Shown: positions 17,288-27,366 of the stretch, one piece after another
Layout: every line of letters starts with the position of its first letter
How positions within the stretch are numbered: the first letter of the stretch is position 1
NCBI GenBank assembly: GCA_049322255.1
Contig: JBMORE010000032.1
Coordinates: forward strand, 1-32,020
Direction of reading: 5' to 3'
Length of the DNA stretch: 32,020 bases
Origin: Myxococcota bacterium
GTDB lineage: Bacteria > Myxococcota > Myxococcia > Myxococcales > Myxococcaceae
Position numbers and translations under genes: made by a program
The notes under the pieces: generated by a model
What the model was told of the DNA's origin: nothing
Database searches by the model: none
Seen by the model: only the letters and a program-made list of their open reading frames with translations

Positions 17288-19564
17288 TCAGTTGATGGCG
17301 CCGTTGCTGGTGACTCCCGTCTTGATCTGAAGCACGTCGGCTTCGATCGTCACGCTGTCGGGCTGGCAGAGCGTGAAATCGGTAGGCGCAGCGCCAGTCA
17401 CCGACCCAGAAGCGACGGGGCGGCGCCAGTCATAGAAAAGCACGCGCCAGTGGCAGATCGGGCTGCCAGCGGCGGTGCAGGCCTGAGAGGTAGTCGAGTC
17501 AAGCAATCTACGCTCCATGCCGAACCCGTAGCCATCCAGCAAGTTGGTGTTGCTGATGGCGACGGTGCCCTTGGTCGCCGTGTGCCTGATGGCGAAGCTC
17601 GTGCCTGCAGCCTGCGGGCGGTTCAAGTTGAGGTCTCCAAACGTAGCGGAAAGGCCCACGCTGGTGCCCTTGCCCAAACCGCCAGTGCAAACCATTCCAC
17701 CGTCGGGCAGGGGGGAGCAGCACGGGGTGGAGAAGGGGTTGGGCTGAATGAAGCTGTTGGGCAGGCCGGTGGTGATGGGCCTGTCGCTGTATAGGATGCG
17801 GGTCTCCGTCCAGATGGTGGTGTTGTTGTCCCAAATGCCGTTGGGCGGAGTCCACTGATTATCTTGCGGAGCTTCGTCGATGTAGAGCTCCCCGGGGTCG
17901 AAGACGCCGTTGTCATTGGAGTCGACGAAGGGCTCGCCTTGGTCGATGAACCGCTCGTTCGCGTCACGGACTCCGTTCGTGTTGTCGTCGAAGTAGTGCT
18001 CTTCGCCTCGAACGAAGGCGATGACCGTCACCAGCGCATCGCGAGGGTTGCGGGTGAGCGCCCCAGCGGCAACAGACGGTTCGGCCAGGCGGGTGCTGGG
18101 CCACTGCGCCGGATTGGCGGGCAGTGGGGGAACGTCCACCGGGGGCCACACGCCGATGGTGCTGAACACGACGGTGCCTGTCCCCTCATCGGTGTTGTTT
18201 CCCGTGGGATCGAATTTCTTCGTCGCGATCGACTGTGGAATGGCGCCGGCTTCGGTTCGGAAGAAGACCGAGGTGCCGGTCCCGACTGGGTTGTTGCTTC
18301 GATCCACCAGCTTCACGTTGCAATTGACGTTGAATGCCAAAGGAGGCTGGGGACTGGCATAGGCGGCCACGTTGACAGGGCCACACTGAAGAGTGAAACC
18401 CTCGTTTGCGGGCTTCGCGCCTCGAATGCCGATGGTTTGACTGTCCGCTTCGACGAGCCCGGTGATGACCACGGCGTGAACGTTGATGGCACCGGTCCCC
18501 GTTCCCGCGGAGACGTTGACCGTCACGCGTCCCTGAGTATCGGTGATTCCAGTGGGTGTCACCGTGGCTCCGGCAGGAGGATTGGCGATGGAGAACCTCA
18601 CGCTGACTCCGGGGGCCGGTCGATTGCTCGAGTCCACCACTTCGAAAGTCACCTGGGCTTGCTCGTTGAAGCCAGAGCCTTTGATTCCCATGACGTTGCA
18701 GTCGATGCCGTTGCACTTTGTCGAAATCCAACGGATTTGCTGCACCCGCAAGACCTCCACCGAGACGCTGCTGGTGGCGCCGCTCGGGTCGTGCTTGCCG
18801 ACCAGAGTGGTCGTGCCTGGAACCCCCGTTTCGCGGAATTGAACCACCGCGGTACCCAAGGGCCCCGTGCGCTCGACGAGCGGGCTCATCGGGGTCGTTC
18901 CGCCGTCGAGGAAAGTAAAGCCGCCCAGGCCGCTCGTGAATTCGATGTCTTGGTCGGCGATGGGGCCTCCGTCGTTCGTGCGCAAAGTGGCAGTGACATT
19001 TGCGAAGTCGCCCACGTCGAGGAAGATTCGCTGCCGCGACGCGGACAGAGTGAGAACGATCCCGCCGTCGCCAGAGACGCCCGAGTCGCTCGTCACGGTG
19101 CCGCCTCCTCCATCGGTAGTGCCCCCGTCGAAGGCTTCGCCGCCGTCGCCGCCGTCTCCACCACCGCCGCCTCCGGTTCCCACGGTGAGGGAAGTAAAGT
19201 TGGTTACCCTGGTCCCCTCGGCGTCCCATTCGGCGGTAATTCGAACAGAACCGGAGCACCGGGAGTTGGCAGCAACGGCACAACTGAATTGCGTTGTTGC
19301 CTTGCCGGAGCCATCCAGCGTCGCGCTCGTGCTGGTGAACGAGCCCGCGGTCGCGCTGAAAGTGACGGTGCCGCTCCCGAGAGCGCCGCTGGCGGTGAGC
19401 GCCTCGACCGAGATGGTGGAGGTCTCGCCTTGATCGTCGATCTGCCTCGGAGAGGCGGAGATCGACAGCACGGCCAAGCCCGAAGGAGGCGGTGGGCTGC
19501 ACGCGACGTAGGCCCCGGCGAAGACTGCGGCCGCGACCACAGCGAAACGAGTCAGACGCAACAT
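17288..19564 (-). CDS. surface lipoprotein with invasin/Big_1-like Ig domains and DxNxNG Ca-binding-like repeats
   Basis: Start ATG 19564 (MLRLTRFAVVAAAVFAGAYVAC); V.D....P..GV.V.F and TD..G.V.V patterns; FDDNTNG/FVDSNDNG repeats; Gly/DGG linker. Confidence 0.7.
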   Translation of the reverse strand: MLRLTRFAVVAAAVFAGAYVACSPPPPSGLAVLSISASPRQIDDQGETSTISVEALTASGALGSGTVTFSATAGSFTSTSATLDGSGKATTQFSCAVAANSRCSGSVRITAEWDAEGTRVTNFTSLTVGTGGGGGGDGGDGGEAFDGGTTDGGGGTVTSDSGVSGDGGIVLTLSASRQRIFLDVGDFANVTATLRTNDGGPIADQDIEFTSGLGGFTFLDGGTTPMSPLVERTGPLGTAVVQFRETGVPGTTTLVGKHDPSGATSSVSVEVLRVQQIRWISTKCNGIDCNVMGIKGSGFNEQAQVTFEVVDSSNRPAPGVSVRFSIANPPAGATVTPTGITDTQGRVTVNVSAGTGTGAINVHAVVITGLVEADSQTIGIRGAKPANEGFTLQCGPVNVAAYASPQPPLAFNVNCNVKLVDRSNNPVGTGTSVFFRTEAGAIPQSIATKKFDPTGNNTDEGTGTVVFSTIGVWPPVDVPPLPANPAQWPSTRLAEPSVAAGALTRNPRDALVTVIAFVRGEEHYFDDNTNGVRDANERFIDQGEPFVDSNDNGVFDPGELYIDEAPQDNQWTPPNGIWDNNTTIWTETRILYSDRPITTGLPNSFIQPNPFSTPCCSPLPDGGMVCTGGLGKGTSVGLSATFGDLNLNRPQAAGTSFAIRHTATKGTVAISNTNLLDGYGFGMERRLLDSTTSQACTAAGSPICHWRVLFYDWRRPVASGSVTGAAPTDFTLCQPDSVTIEADVLQIKTGVTSNGAIN

Positions 19565-19762
19565 GGTTGCCCCTCTTTGCGAATTGGCGGGGCCGAGTAT
19601 TCCGGGTCGATCCCTCTGCGTCAAACCTCTCGCTTCTTGGAGCAACCGACGGCGGCGAAGCACCTCCGCCCGGCGCATTTCGGTTGCGCCTTCCTGCGGT
19701 GGCGCGTAGATCGCCCGCCCGGCGCATCGCGTCATCGTTCAACATCGAACAGGAGCGCGCTC

Positions 19763-20560
19763 GTGAAAATCCTGGTGACGGCCAAGCGGGTCGAGGACCC
19801 GGAGTCGAAAATCAAGGTCAAGCCCGACGGCTCGGGCATCGTGCAGGAAGGGCTGAAGTTCAAAATCAACCCCTTCGACGAAATCGCCGTCGAAGAGGCT
19901 TTACGCCTCACCACCAAGCACGGCGGCGAAGTGGTGGTGGTCTCCATCGGCGGCAAGGAGGTGCACGAGCAGTTGCGCCACGCGCTGGCGATGGGGGCGG
20001 CGCGCGCGGTGTGGGTGAACCACGAAGGGCCCATCGACCAGATGGGGGTGGCGCGCTTGCTCCAGAAGGTGGTGGAAAAGGAGAAGCCCGAGCTGGTCAT
20101 CCTGGGCAAGCAATCGATCGACGACGACCAGAACCAGGTAGGGCAGTACCTGGCCGAGTGGCTGAGCTGGGGACAGGCGACCTTCGCCTCCAAAGTGGAG
20201 TCGTTCGAATCGGACAACGAGAAAAACAAAGTGCCCGCGCTCGCGCTGAGCGCCGACGGCAAAGCGGTGCAGGTGGTGCGCGAGGTGGACGGCGGCCTGG
20301 CCACCCTGGAGTGCCAGCTGCCGGCGGTGGTCACCACCGACCTACGGCTCAACCTCCCGCGCTACGCTTCCCTGCCGGGCATCATGAAGGCCAAGCAAAA
20401 GCCGCTGGAGGAGCTCACTCCGGCCGGTCTGGGCGTCGACGTCACCCCCAAGCTCTCGGTGGTGAAGATGGCGGCGCCCCCTTCGCGCAAGGCGGGCATC
20501 AAAGTGAAAGATGTCGCCGAGCTGGTGGAGAAGCTCAAGAACGAGGCGAAGGTCATCTAG
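19763..20560 (+). CDS. etfB: electron transfer flavoprotein beta subunit
   Basis: INPFDEIAVEEALR, ALAMGA, GKQSIDDD, REVDGG, PRYASLPGIMKAK; AGGAG SD and GTG start. Confidence 0.95.
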   Translation: MKILVTAKRVEDPESKIKVKPDGSGIVQEGLKFKINPFDEIAVEEALRLTTKHGGEVVVVSIGGKEVHEQLRHALAMGAARAVWVNHEGPIDQMGVARLLQKVVEKEKPELVILGKQSIDDDQNQVGQYLAEWLSWGQATFASKVESFESDNEKNKVPALALSADGKAVQVVREVDGGLATLECQLPAVVTTDLRLNLPRYASLPGIMKAKQKPLEELTPAGLGVDVTPKLSVVKMAAPPSRKAGIKVKDVAELVEKLKNEAKVI

Positions 20561-20566
20561 CGCCCG

Positions 20567-20600
20567 CCCTCACCCTAACCCTCTCCCAGAGGGAGAGGGG
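20567..20600 (-). repeat. BoxC/triplex-type repeat, copy 6 (reverse orientation, etfB-etfA intergenic)
   Basis: CCCTCACCC-TAA-CCCTCTCCC-AGA-GGGAGAGGG(G). Confidence 0.9.
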
Positions 20601-20626
20601 ATCTTCCTGAGAGGAACCCACAGGTC

Positions 20627-21589
20627 ATGTCTATCGTTCTCATCGTCGCCGAGGCGCAGCCGGATGGAACCCTGCGCAAGGCCTCGCTCAACGCGCTCAC
20701 CGCCGGCAAGCAGCTGGCGGAGAAGGCGGGTGCCGAGCTGCACGCGGTCATTCTCGCCAAAGACGCCACCGCCCTTGCGGAAGCCCTCAAGGCGCACGGA
20801 CCCAAGGTGGTGCACGCGGCAAGCAGCGACGTCTTCACCCACTACCTCGCCGAAACTTTTGCTCCGGCGGTGGCCGAGCTGGCCAAGAGCCTCTCCGCCG
20901 ACTTCGTGGGCATGGCCTCCACCGCGGTGGGCAAGGACCTGATGCCTCGGGTGGCTGCCAAGCTCGAGGCGGCGATGGCTTCCGACGTGATGAAGCTCGA
21001 GGGCAGCGGCGCCGACATCACCTTCACCCGGCCGATGTGGGCGGGCAACGTCATCGCCGAGGTGAAGCTGGCCACGAAGGTGAAGGCCTTCAGCGTGCGG
21101 GTGACCGAGTTCGCTCCTGCGCCCAAGGGCGGTTCTGGCGAGGTGAAGGCGTTCAGCCCGCAGGTGGCGCCGGTGAAGACCCGCCACGTGGCCTTCCAAG
21201 AGGTGAAGAGCGCGCGGCCTCAGCTGACCGAGGCGCGGGTGGTGGTCGCTGGCGGCCGCGGCACCAAGGGAGACTTCAAGCCCATCGAGGCGCTCGCCGA
21301 CGAGCTCCAGGCGGCGGTAGGTGCCTCGCGCGCGGTGTGCGACGCCGGCTGGGTGCCCAACGACTTGCAGGTCGGTCAGACCGGCAAGGTCGTCGCCCCC
21401 GAGCTGTACATCGCCGCGGGCATCAGCGGCGCCATTCAGCACCTGGCGGGGATGAAGGGCTCGAGGGTCATCGTCGCCATCAACAAGGACCCCGAGGCGC
21501 CCATTTTCCAGGTGGCCGACTACGGGCTGGTGGCCGACCTGTTCAAGGCCTTGCCCGAGCTGCAAGCGGCAATCAAGGCAGCGAAGTAG
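20627..21589 (+). CDS. etfA: electron transfer flavoprotein alpha subunit
   Basis: [55 protein letters not shown]. Confidence 0.96.
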   Translation: MSIVLIVAEAQPDGTLRKASLNALTAGKQLAEKAGAELHAVILAKDATALAEALKAHGPKVVHAASSDVFTHYLAETFAPAVAELAKSLSADFVGMASTAVGKDLMPRVAAKLEAAMASDVMKLEGSGADITFTRPMWAGNVIAEVKLATKVKAFSVRVTEFAPAPKGGSGEVKAFSPQVAPVKTRHVAFQEVKSARPQLTEARVVVAGGRGTKGDFKPIEALADELQAAVGASRAVCDAGWVPNDLQVGQTGKVVAPELYIAAGISGAIQHLAGMKGSRVIVAINKDPEAPIFQVADYGLVADLFKALPELQAAIKAAK

Positions 21590-21727
21590 GGCGAGGACGT
21601 TGTAGACTCGCCGCCGTCGGTTTGTCCCAAGGCCGGTGAGGGTATCGAGGGCCGCGGTATGGAAAGCCCCGTCAACCGGGAATCGGCTGGCCGTGGCTGG
21701 TGGGAATCGGCTACAAGTCGCCAGCCG

Positions 21728-22024
21728 ATGGCTTTGGAGCTCAGCGAGGTGCCGAGGGTGCACCCCGAGACAGGGGTGCAGCGCGTCGGAGGGCGTCTGA
21801 TGGCCGCCAGCCCCGATGACCACTTGCACAGCTTCGAGGACGAGGAGGGGGCGGTCTCGGAGGTCGCCGAGCGCATCGTCGAGCTGTGCGACGGCTCGCG
21901 CAGCTTGGAGCAGATCGTCGACGTGTTGTGCGAGGAGTTCGAGGTCGAGCGCGGTGTGTGCACGACCGACACCCTCGCGTTTGTCGAGTTGTTGGTCGAA
22001 AGGCGCATTCTGGTCGTGGGCTGA
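21728..22024 (+). CDS. stand-alone PqqD-family protein / RiPP recognition element (RRE)
   Basis: VAERIVELCDGSRSLEQIVDVLCEEFEVERGVCTTDTLAFVELLVERRIL matches the PqqD helical pattern; start could also be 21659. Confidence 0.88.
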   Translation: MALELSEVPRVHPETGVQRVGGRLMAASPDDHLHSFEDEEGAVSEVAERIVELCDGSRSLEQIVDVLCEEFEVERGVCTTDTLAFVELLVERRILVVG

Positions 22025-22056
22025 AAAGTCCATTGACCGGGGAGAAGGTGGTTTCG

Positions 22057-25000
22057 ATGGTGCGAAGCGGATCGAAGCTGTGGTTGGGCGCGGTGACGGT
22101 GGTGATGGTCGTGGCCGGGTGCGATTGCACTCCGCGGCCGCCCGTCGAGCGCAGCCTCTTCTGTTCCTTCATCACTCCCACCGACGGGCAGCAGGTCGAT
22201 ACCACCGTCGACGTGAAGGTGCAGGTAAACGACCAGGACGGGAATCTGGTGGAGATCGACCGGGCGATTCTCGAGGTGCGGCTCGCCGGGGCAACCGACT
22301 TCACCCCCGGCCCGCAGCCAACCTTGGAGACCGGGGTGGCCACGTTCGCTGGTACCCAGCTCACCCCCGGGGTGAATCAGCTCAGGGTGACGGCCGGAGA
22401 GGTGGGCACGGTGCTGACCTGCAACCCGCGGAGCATCGCGGTGAACGTGGCGGCGCTGGGGCCCGAGATTCTGGCGGTCGAGTTCCAAGGTGACGTGAAC
22501 CAGGACGGGAAGCTGAACGCGGCGGAGCTGCCGAGCTTCCCGGTGGTGGCGATCGTGAGGACGCAGGCGATTGCGGACGGCGAGGAGATTGTCATCCGCG
22601 ATGCCTTCGGGGCCAAGGCCACCAACCCCGGCATCGTCTCGGGGAACCAGGCGACGGTGACGCTCGACCTTCTGGGGACCCAGCCGGAAGCGACGTACAC
22701 CCTCACCGCCGAGGCTCCGAACGTGACCGGCGTCCCCAGCCGGCAGGTGACGCTGGAGATCGACCAGGTGGCGCCGGGGGTGAGCATCTCCTGCCCTTCG
22801 AAGAATCTCCTCGGGCTGAGCGATGACGCGAACACCACGGTCGAGCCTTTCCAGCTGCGCGTGTGCGCGCAGGTGCCGAGCGACGTCAGCCAGGTTAGTT
22901 TCCAGCTGGGGACGCAGCTGTTCCCCTGTACTGGAACGTGCATCGTCTCCGGAGCGGCGGTGCACGTATTCGATGTGCAAAAGCCCGGCACCACCACTCC
23001 CCAGCTCAAGGTCACCGCATTCGACGCCGCCGGCAATACCGGCGAAGCGACCCAGCAGTTGACGCTCGACTTCGATCCACCGGTCATCAACGTCACCGCT
23101 CCGCTGGCCAGCGGAGGTCCGTACAATACCTTCAATCTGACGGTCACCGCGGCGGTCACTGGCGCGGAGGGGCAGCAGGTTGTCTTCTCGCGCGAGACCG
23201 GAGGCACCGAGGTTTCTTTGGGCGTTGCCCAGGTGAGCAATGGCACCGCCTCCATCGGCGCATCGTTCGTCAACGGGACGCACCGAGTCATCGGCAGAGT
23301 GGTGGATGTGGCGGGCAACCCGGCGGTGGACGACGAAACGGGCGTCGTCGTGAACAGCACGCAGTGCAGCGTGCTCTTCACCCGTCCAGCCACCAAGCCG
23401 GCCCTCTTGACGAAGAGCGATGACGAGGTGCTCACGACCCCCAACGACATCGACTACACGATTCGGGTAAACAGCGCGAATTGCCCCAACACCGCGGTGA
23501 CCTTGTTCCGCGACAACAACTTGGTATCCGCCGTCACGACCAACGGGAGCGGGAACGCCCAGTGGCTCGTCACCGTCCCGGCCGGCAGCTCCACCTACCG
23601 CGTGGACGTCTCCAATGGCGTCGGACAGCCACCAACCTCCGACACCGTCGTCATCACCGCCGATTTGAGTACGCCTTCCATCACCGCGCCGCGAAACAAC
23701 GAGCGCTTGAATGTCGCTCAAGATGGCCAGCGTCAGACGCCTGGGGTGCAGCGGTTGCTCACCTATTCCGCCAACGTCCCCACGGGTGGACGCGTAGCCA
23801 TCTGCAGCAATCAGACCCCCGTGGGAGCGACGGCCTGCCCCGATGGCGCATCTGGTTGGTGGGAGCTCGCCGCGAGCGCGCAGCCGAGCGAGCCGGCCTT
23901 CACCTTCCCCGAAGGGGTGTACGAGATCAAGCCGGTCGTGGTGGCGGTGGGAGGTGGCACGAACGTAGGTGGCGCGGTCCACCTCATCGTGGACAGCGTT
24001 CGGCCAACGGTGACCGCGGTGAGCATCGTGGGCGATCTCAACAACGACCGAAAGCTAAACAGCGCCGAGCTCGCGGCGATCGGCGGAGCGCCGCAGTTGA
24101 CGATCACCACCAGCGAGGAGGTGCAGTCGATCGTCGTTCGCGAGCAGGGAACGACCACCACGTTCAATACCGACACCAGCGGCACCTCAAACCGCACCCG
24201 CACGGTGACGCTGGACAAGAACCTCACCACCACCGAGCAGGATTACTCGCTCGAGATTGTGCTGAGCGATCTCAACTTCAACGCCAACGTGTTGGGAACG
24301 CCGACCACCTTCGACCCACTCGACGCGCTGGCGAAGCTGGCGCCGATTCGGATCGACCGCCAGGCCCCGGCTTGCAGCATCACGGCTCCAGCGAAGACGC
24401 AGCTTGGCGTCGCAGACGATGCGGACAGCGCTGCGGGCTATCAGCTGCGCGTCGGCGTCGCTACTTCTCTCGACGTGGCAAACGGCGTCGCCCTCACGTT
24501 GTCTGGAGCCGCGACACAGACAGCAACGGCTTCAGCCAGCGGCGGGAGTGCGACCCACGACTTCACCGTTTCCAGTACCGGCACCTTGGTCTACAACCTC
24601 GCGGCGACTTGCGTTGATGAAGCGGGCAACTCGACCACCGCAACGCCGCTGAACAACATCACCGTCGACAACGAGGTGCCCACCTGTTCGCTGACCTCGC
24701 CGTCTTCTGCCGGGGGCCCCTATGGCACCTTCTCCATCGCCACCAACGTCACTGTGGGAGGGCTGGGAACCGACGGACTGCCCGTGCGCATCTACAGCAA
24801 AGTCGGCGCCGCCGATGAACAGCAGGTGGGTACGCTCACCGTGTCCGGCGGGACGGCCTCCGGTCAAGTGACCTATCCCAATGGGACTCAGACCGTCCGT
24901 GCCGAGGCAGAAGACCTCGCCGGCAACAGGTGCACCAGTTCGCAAGCCAACGTGGTCGTCAATGGCGTGGGTTGTAGCTTGACCGTCTCCAAGCCGCAGA

Positions 25001-27366
25001 CCAACGGCTTCGTCAACAAGGCCGACGACACCAACTCGGCCACGACCACCACCGCTGAGTTCTCGGTCACCGGGAACAGCTCGAACTGCAACTCCGGCCA
25101 GGTGGTGAAGGTCTACCGCCTCGGGCCTCGTACCGAGATCGGCTCCAGCACCGTGGGGGCCACGGGTGCCTTCGCGGTGCCCATTGCCCTGGTCGAGGGG
25201 ACGCACCAGCTGGAAGTGGAGATCGACAACGGTGCAGGAGTGCTCAACTCCGATTTCCCTAGCAACGTCACTGTGGATGTAACGGATCCTACCGTTGGTA
25301 CGGTGACTCCCACCGGGGCGAGTCTCTTCTTCGTGGCCTCCACCAACGCGAATCTCGGCATCAACTCAGCCTACGTCGCCGATGGGACCCCGGGCGCTCC
25401 AGCCGACTTCAATGCGGTGGTGAATGATGTCGCCAACGCCGTCGGAGGAACCGTTCAAGTGACCTATGGCGGGACCGTCGTCGGCGGGCCGGCTTCGGTG
25501 ACCACCAGTCCGCAGAGTTTCACCATTCCAGTCACCCTGACACACAACACCAGCAACACCTTCGTGATCGAGGTGCGTGATCAGGCGGGTAACCTCGTTC
25601 GACCGACGAACGCGGCTGCACAAGTCGATGTCGTTGCTCCAGCGCCGCCCTCGGTGACCCAGACGGTGACGAACGCCCGTCGTGGGTTGGTGGGCCTGAC
25701 ATGGTCACCGGTCTACGACGACGGGAACGATTCCTCGTCGGGAGCGCACGCTGGGTACGATTTGCGGTGGACGACCAATGCTCTCAAAGATGCGACGGGA
25801 GGCGAAACAGCCGGGATGACCGCGGCCGACTATCTCGACTCCACTAAGGTGCAGACCGAATCGCTCATCGCCTGGTCGTCTTCGAGCACCAGCTACACGC
25901 TGACCATGCCGCCGCTGGCGACCTACTTCATCGCGGTGCGAGCGAAGGACGAGGTGGGAAACTATTCGGCGTTCGTTGCGCCAACGGCCCTGAATAACCG
26001 CGGCACTCAGCACACCTTCACCAACCCCATGGCGACGGCGAACCAGAGCTACGGCTCCACGTTGGCGGCGGGAGGCAGCCTGAACAACGATGCGATGGAC
26101 GACCTGGTGGTCGCGGCATCGAACGCGGCGCCAGCCGGCGCTGTGTACGTGTACTTTGGGGGCGCTCTCGTCTCGCAGACCACCTGCACCGCCCCCGCAT
26201 GCCAGAAGATCGAGCCTTACGACGCGGCGGCAGCCGGGGCGGGGAGCAGCTTCGGCGCGGATGTCTCGGTGGGCAACGTCGGCGCGGTGGGGACGGAAAA
26301 CAAGCCCGACCTTGTAGTCGGCGCGTCGGGCTTCAATTCTTCTCAAGGTCGGGTGTTCATCTTCTACGGCACTGCATCGGCGACCACGATGGACAGCGCC
26401 AACAGCTACGTCGAGCTTCGTGGAAATGCGGGGTCGAGCTTTGGAATTGCGGCTCGAGTCATCCCTGATCTCAACAACGACGGCCTGAGCGAGATCGCGA
26501 TCGCGGCGCCCGGTGAAAGCTCGAATCGCGGAAAGGTCTACATCTTCAATGGCCGCGCGATGAGCGCCTGGACCACCGTGCAAGATCCCATCACCATGCG
26601 ACCCTACGTGCCGGTGGCGTCGGCGAACTACGTCATCGAAGGACCCCTGCCAGCGGTGAGCGGCGGAAACCAGTTTGGCCGCGAGCGGGGAGGGTACGCA
26701 GCGCTGGGGGACCTCACCGGCGATGGAGTTCCGGACTTCACTGTCCCTGACTCCAAGGGCACGGTGAACAAGCTGTTCCTCTTTTCGGGGGCGGCAGTGA
26801 CGGCCAAGCCCGCTCCGCTGACTTTGACCACCGGTGTCTCTCCCACCGCAGCGGAAGAACAGCTGCAAACGCTCAGCTTTGGATCGACGGGCGCGGCCAC
26901 GCGGCTGTCCTTCGGCACGAGCGCTGTCGGAAATCTCAACGTGCTTGGCGGTGCCGCAAAGGATCTCGTCATCGCCCACGCCAACGACGCCACCGTGCAC
27001 ATATTCACCGATGGTATCTCGACGGGGTTCCCCTCCACGCCTGCCCTGACCATCCAGGGCACCATTCCATACCCCTTCGGCCGATGGGTGGTGGCAGGTG
27101 ACTTCAATCTCGATGGGAACAACGATATTGCTGTCGGTGAGGGTGCAGCGACGGGCTCGTCGGCGTGGGTGTTCTACAACCGTGGAGGAAGCTTTGATAC
27201 CAGTGCTGGCCGCGGATTTTGGACCTCGCGCGTGTTCGGTGGCTCGGGGGCGACGTCAATGGGCACCGGATTGGTTACAGGTGATTTCGACGGCGATACG
27301 CGGGTAGATCTCGCCTTTGCCGATAGCATTACAAGTACGGGACAGGTGATCGTATGGCACCCATGA
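22057..27366 (+). CDS. giant lipoprotein adhesin: multiple Ig-like repeats, FN3-like domain and C-terminal FG-GAP/integrin-alpha-like propeller
   Basis: GGAGAAGG SD; lipobox VAGC; repeated D.AGN strands; GDVNQDGKLN/GDLNNDRKLN; LTW..VYDDG...Y.LRW...YFIAVRAKDEVGN; seven FG-GAP-like motifs. Confidence 0.85.
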   Translation: MVRSGSKLWLGAVTVVMVVAGCDCTPRPPVERSLFCSFITPTDGQQVDTTVDVKVQVNDQDGNLVEIDRAILEVRLAGATDFTPGPQPTLETGVATFAGTQLTPGVNQLRVTAGEVGTVLTCNPRSIAVNVAALGPEILAVEFQGDVNQDGKLNAAELPSFPVVAIVRTQAIADGEEIVIRDAFGAKATNPGIVSGNQATVTLDLLGTQPEATYTLTAEAPNVTGVPSRQVTLEIDQVAPGVSISCPSKNLLGLSDDANTTVEPFQLRVCAQVPSDVSQVSFQLGTQLFPCTGTCIVSGAAVHVFDVQKPGTTTPQLKVTAFDAAGNTGEATQQLTLDFDPPVINVTAPLASGGPYNTFNLTVTAAVTGAEGQQVVFSRETGGTEVSLGVAQVSNGTASIGASFVNGTHRVIGRVVDVAGNPAVDDETGVVVNSTQCSVLFTRPATKPALLTKSDDEVLTTPNDIDYTIRVNSANCPNTAVTLFRDNNLVSAVTTNGSGNAQWLVTVPAGSSTYRVDVSNGVGQPPTSDTVVITADLSTPSITAPRNNERLNVAQDGQRQTPGVQRLLTYSANVPTGGRVAICSNQTPVGATACPDGASGWWELAASAQPSEPAFTFPEGVYEIKPVVVAVGGGTNVGGAVHLIVDSVRPTVTAVSIVGDLNNDRKLNSAELAAIGGAPQLTITTSEEVQSIVVREQGTTTTFNTDTSGTSNRTRTVTLDKNLTTTEQDYSLEIVLSDLNFNANVLGTPTTFDPLDALAKLAPIRIDRQAPACSITAPAKTQLGVADDADSAAGYQLRVGVATSLDVANGVALTLSGAATQTATASASGGSATHDFTVSSTGTLVYNLAATCVDEAGNSTTATPLNNITVDNEVPTCSLTSPSSAGGPYGTFSIATNVTVGGLGTDGLPVRIYSKVGAADEQQVGTLTVSGGTASGQVTYPNGTQTVRAEAEDLAGNRCTSSQANVVVNGVGCSLTVSKPQTNGFVNKADDTNSATTTTAEFSVTGNSSNCNSGQVVKVYRLGPRTEIGSSTVGATGAFAVPIALVEGTHQLEVEIDNGAGVLNSDFPSNVTVDVTDPTVGTVTPTGASLFFVASTNANLGINSAYVADGTPGAPADFNAVVNDVANAVGGTVQVTYGGTVVGGPASVTTSPQSFTIPVTLTHNTSNTFVIEVRDQAGNLVRPTNAAAQVDVVAPAPPSVTQTVTNARRGLVGLTWSPVYDDGNDSSSGAHAGYDLRWTTNALKDATGGETAGMTAADYLDSTKVQTESLIAWSSSSTSYTLTMPPLATYFIAVRAKDEVGNYSAFVAPTALNNRGTQHTFTNPMATANQSYGSTLAAGGSLNNDAMDDLVVAASNAAPAGAVYVYFGGALVSQTTCTAPACQKIEPYDAAAAGAGSSFGADVSVGNVGAVGTENKPDLVVGASGFNSSQGRVFIFYGTASATTMDSANSYVELRGNAGSSFGIAARVIPDLNNDGLSEIAIAAPGESSNRGKVYIFNGRAMSAWTTVQDPITMRPYVPVASANYVIEGPLPAVSGGNQFGRERGGYAALGDLTGDGVPDFTVPDSKGTVNKLFLFSGAAVTAKPAPLTLTTGVSPTAAEEQLQTLSFGSTGAATRLSFGTSAVGNLNVLGGAAKDLVIAHANDATVHIFTDGISTGFPSTPALTIQGTIPYPFGRWVVAGDFNLDGNNDIAVGEGAATGSSAWVFYNRGGSFDTSAGRGFWTSRVFGGSGATSMGTGLVTGDFDGDTRVDLAFADSITSTGQVIVWHP

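Noticed and set aside
17864..20560. 898-aa EtfB fusion protein
   Set aside because: The N-terminal extension is the antisense shadow of the Ig lipoprotein gene; the real etfB starts at GTG 19763 behind an AGGAG SD.
21728..22024. PQQ biosynthesis (pqqD)
   Set aside because: No pqqB, pqqC or pqqE in the window, and the nearby peptide lacks the PqqA ExxxY motif.
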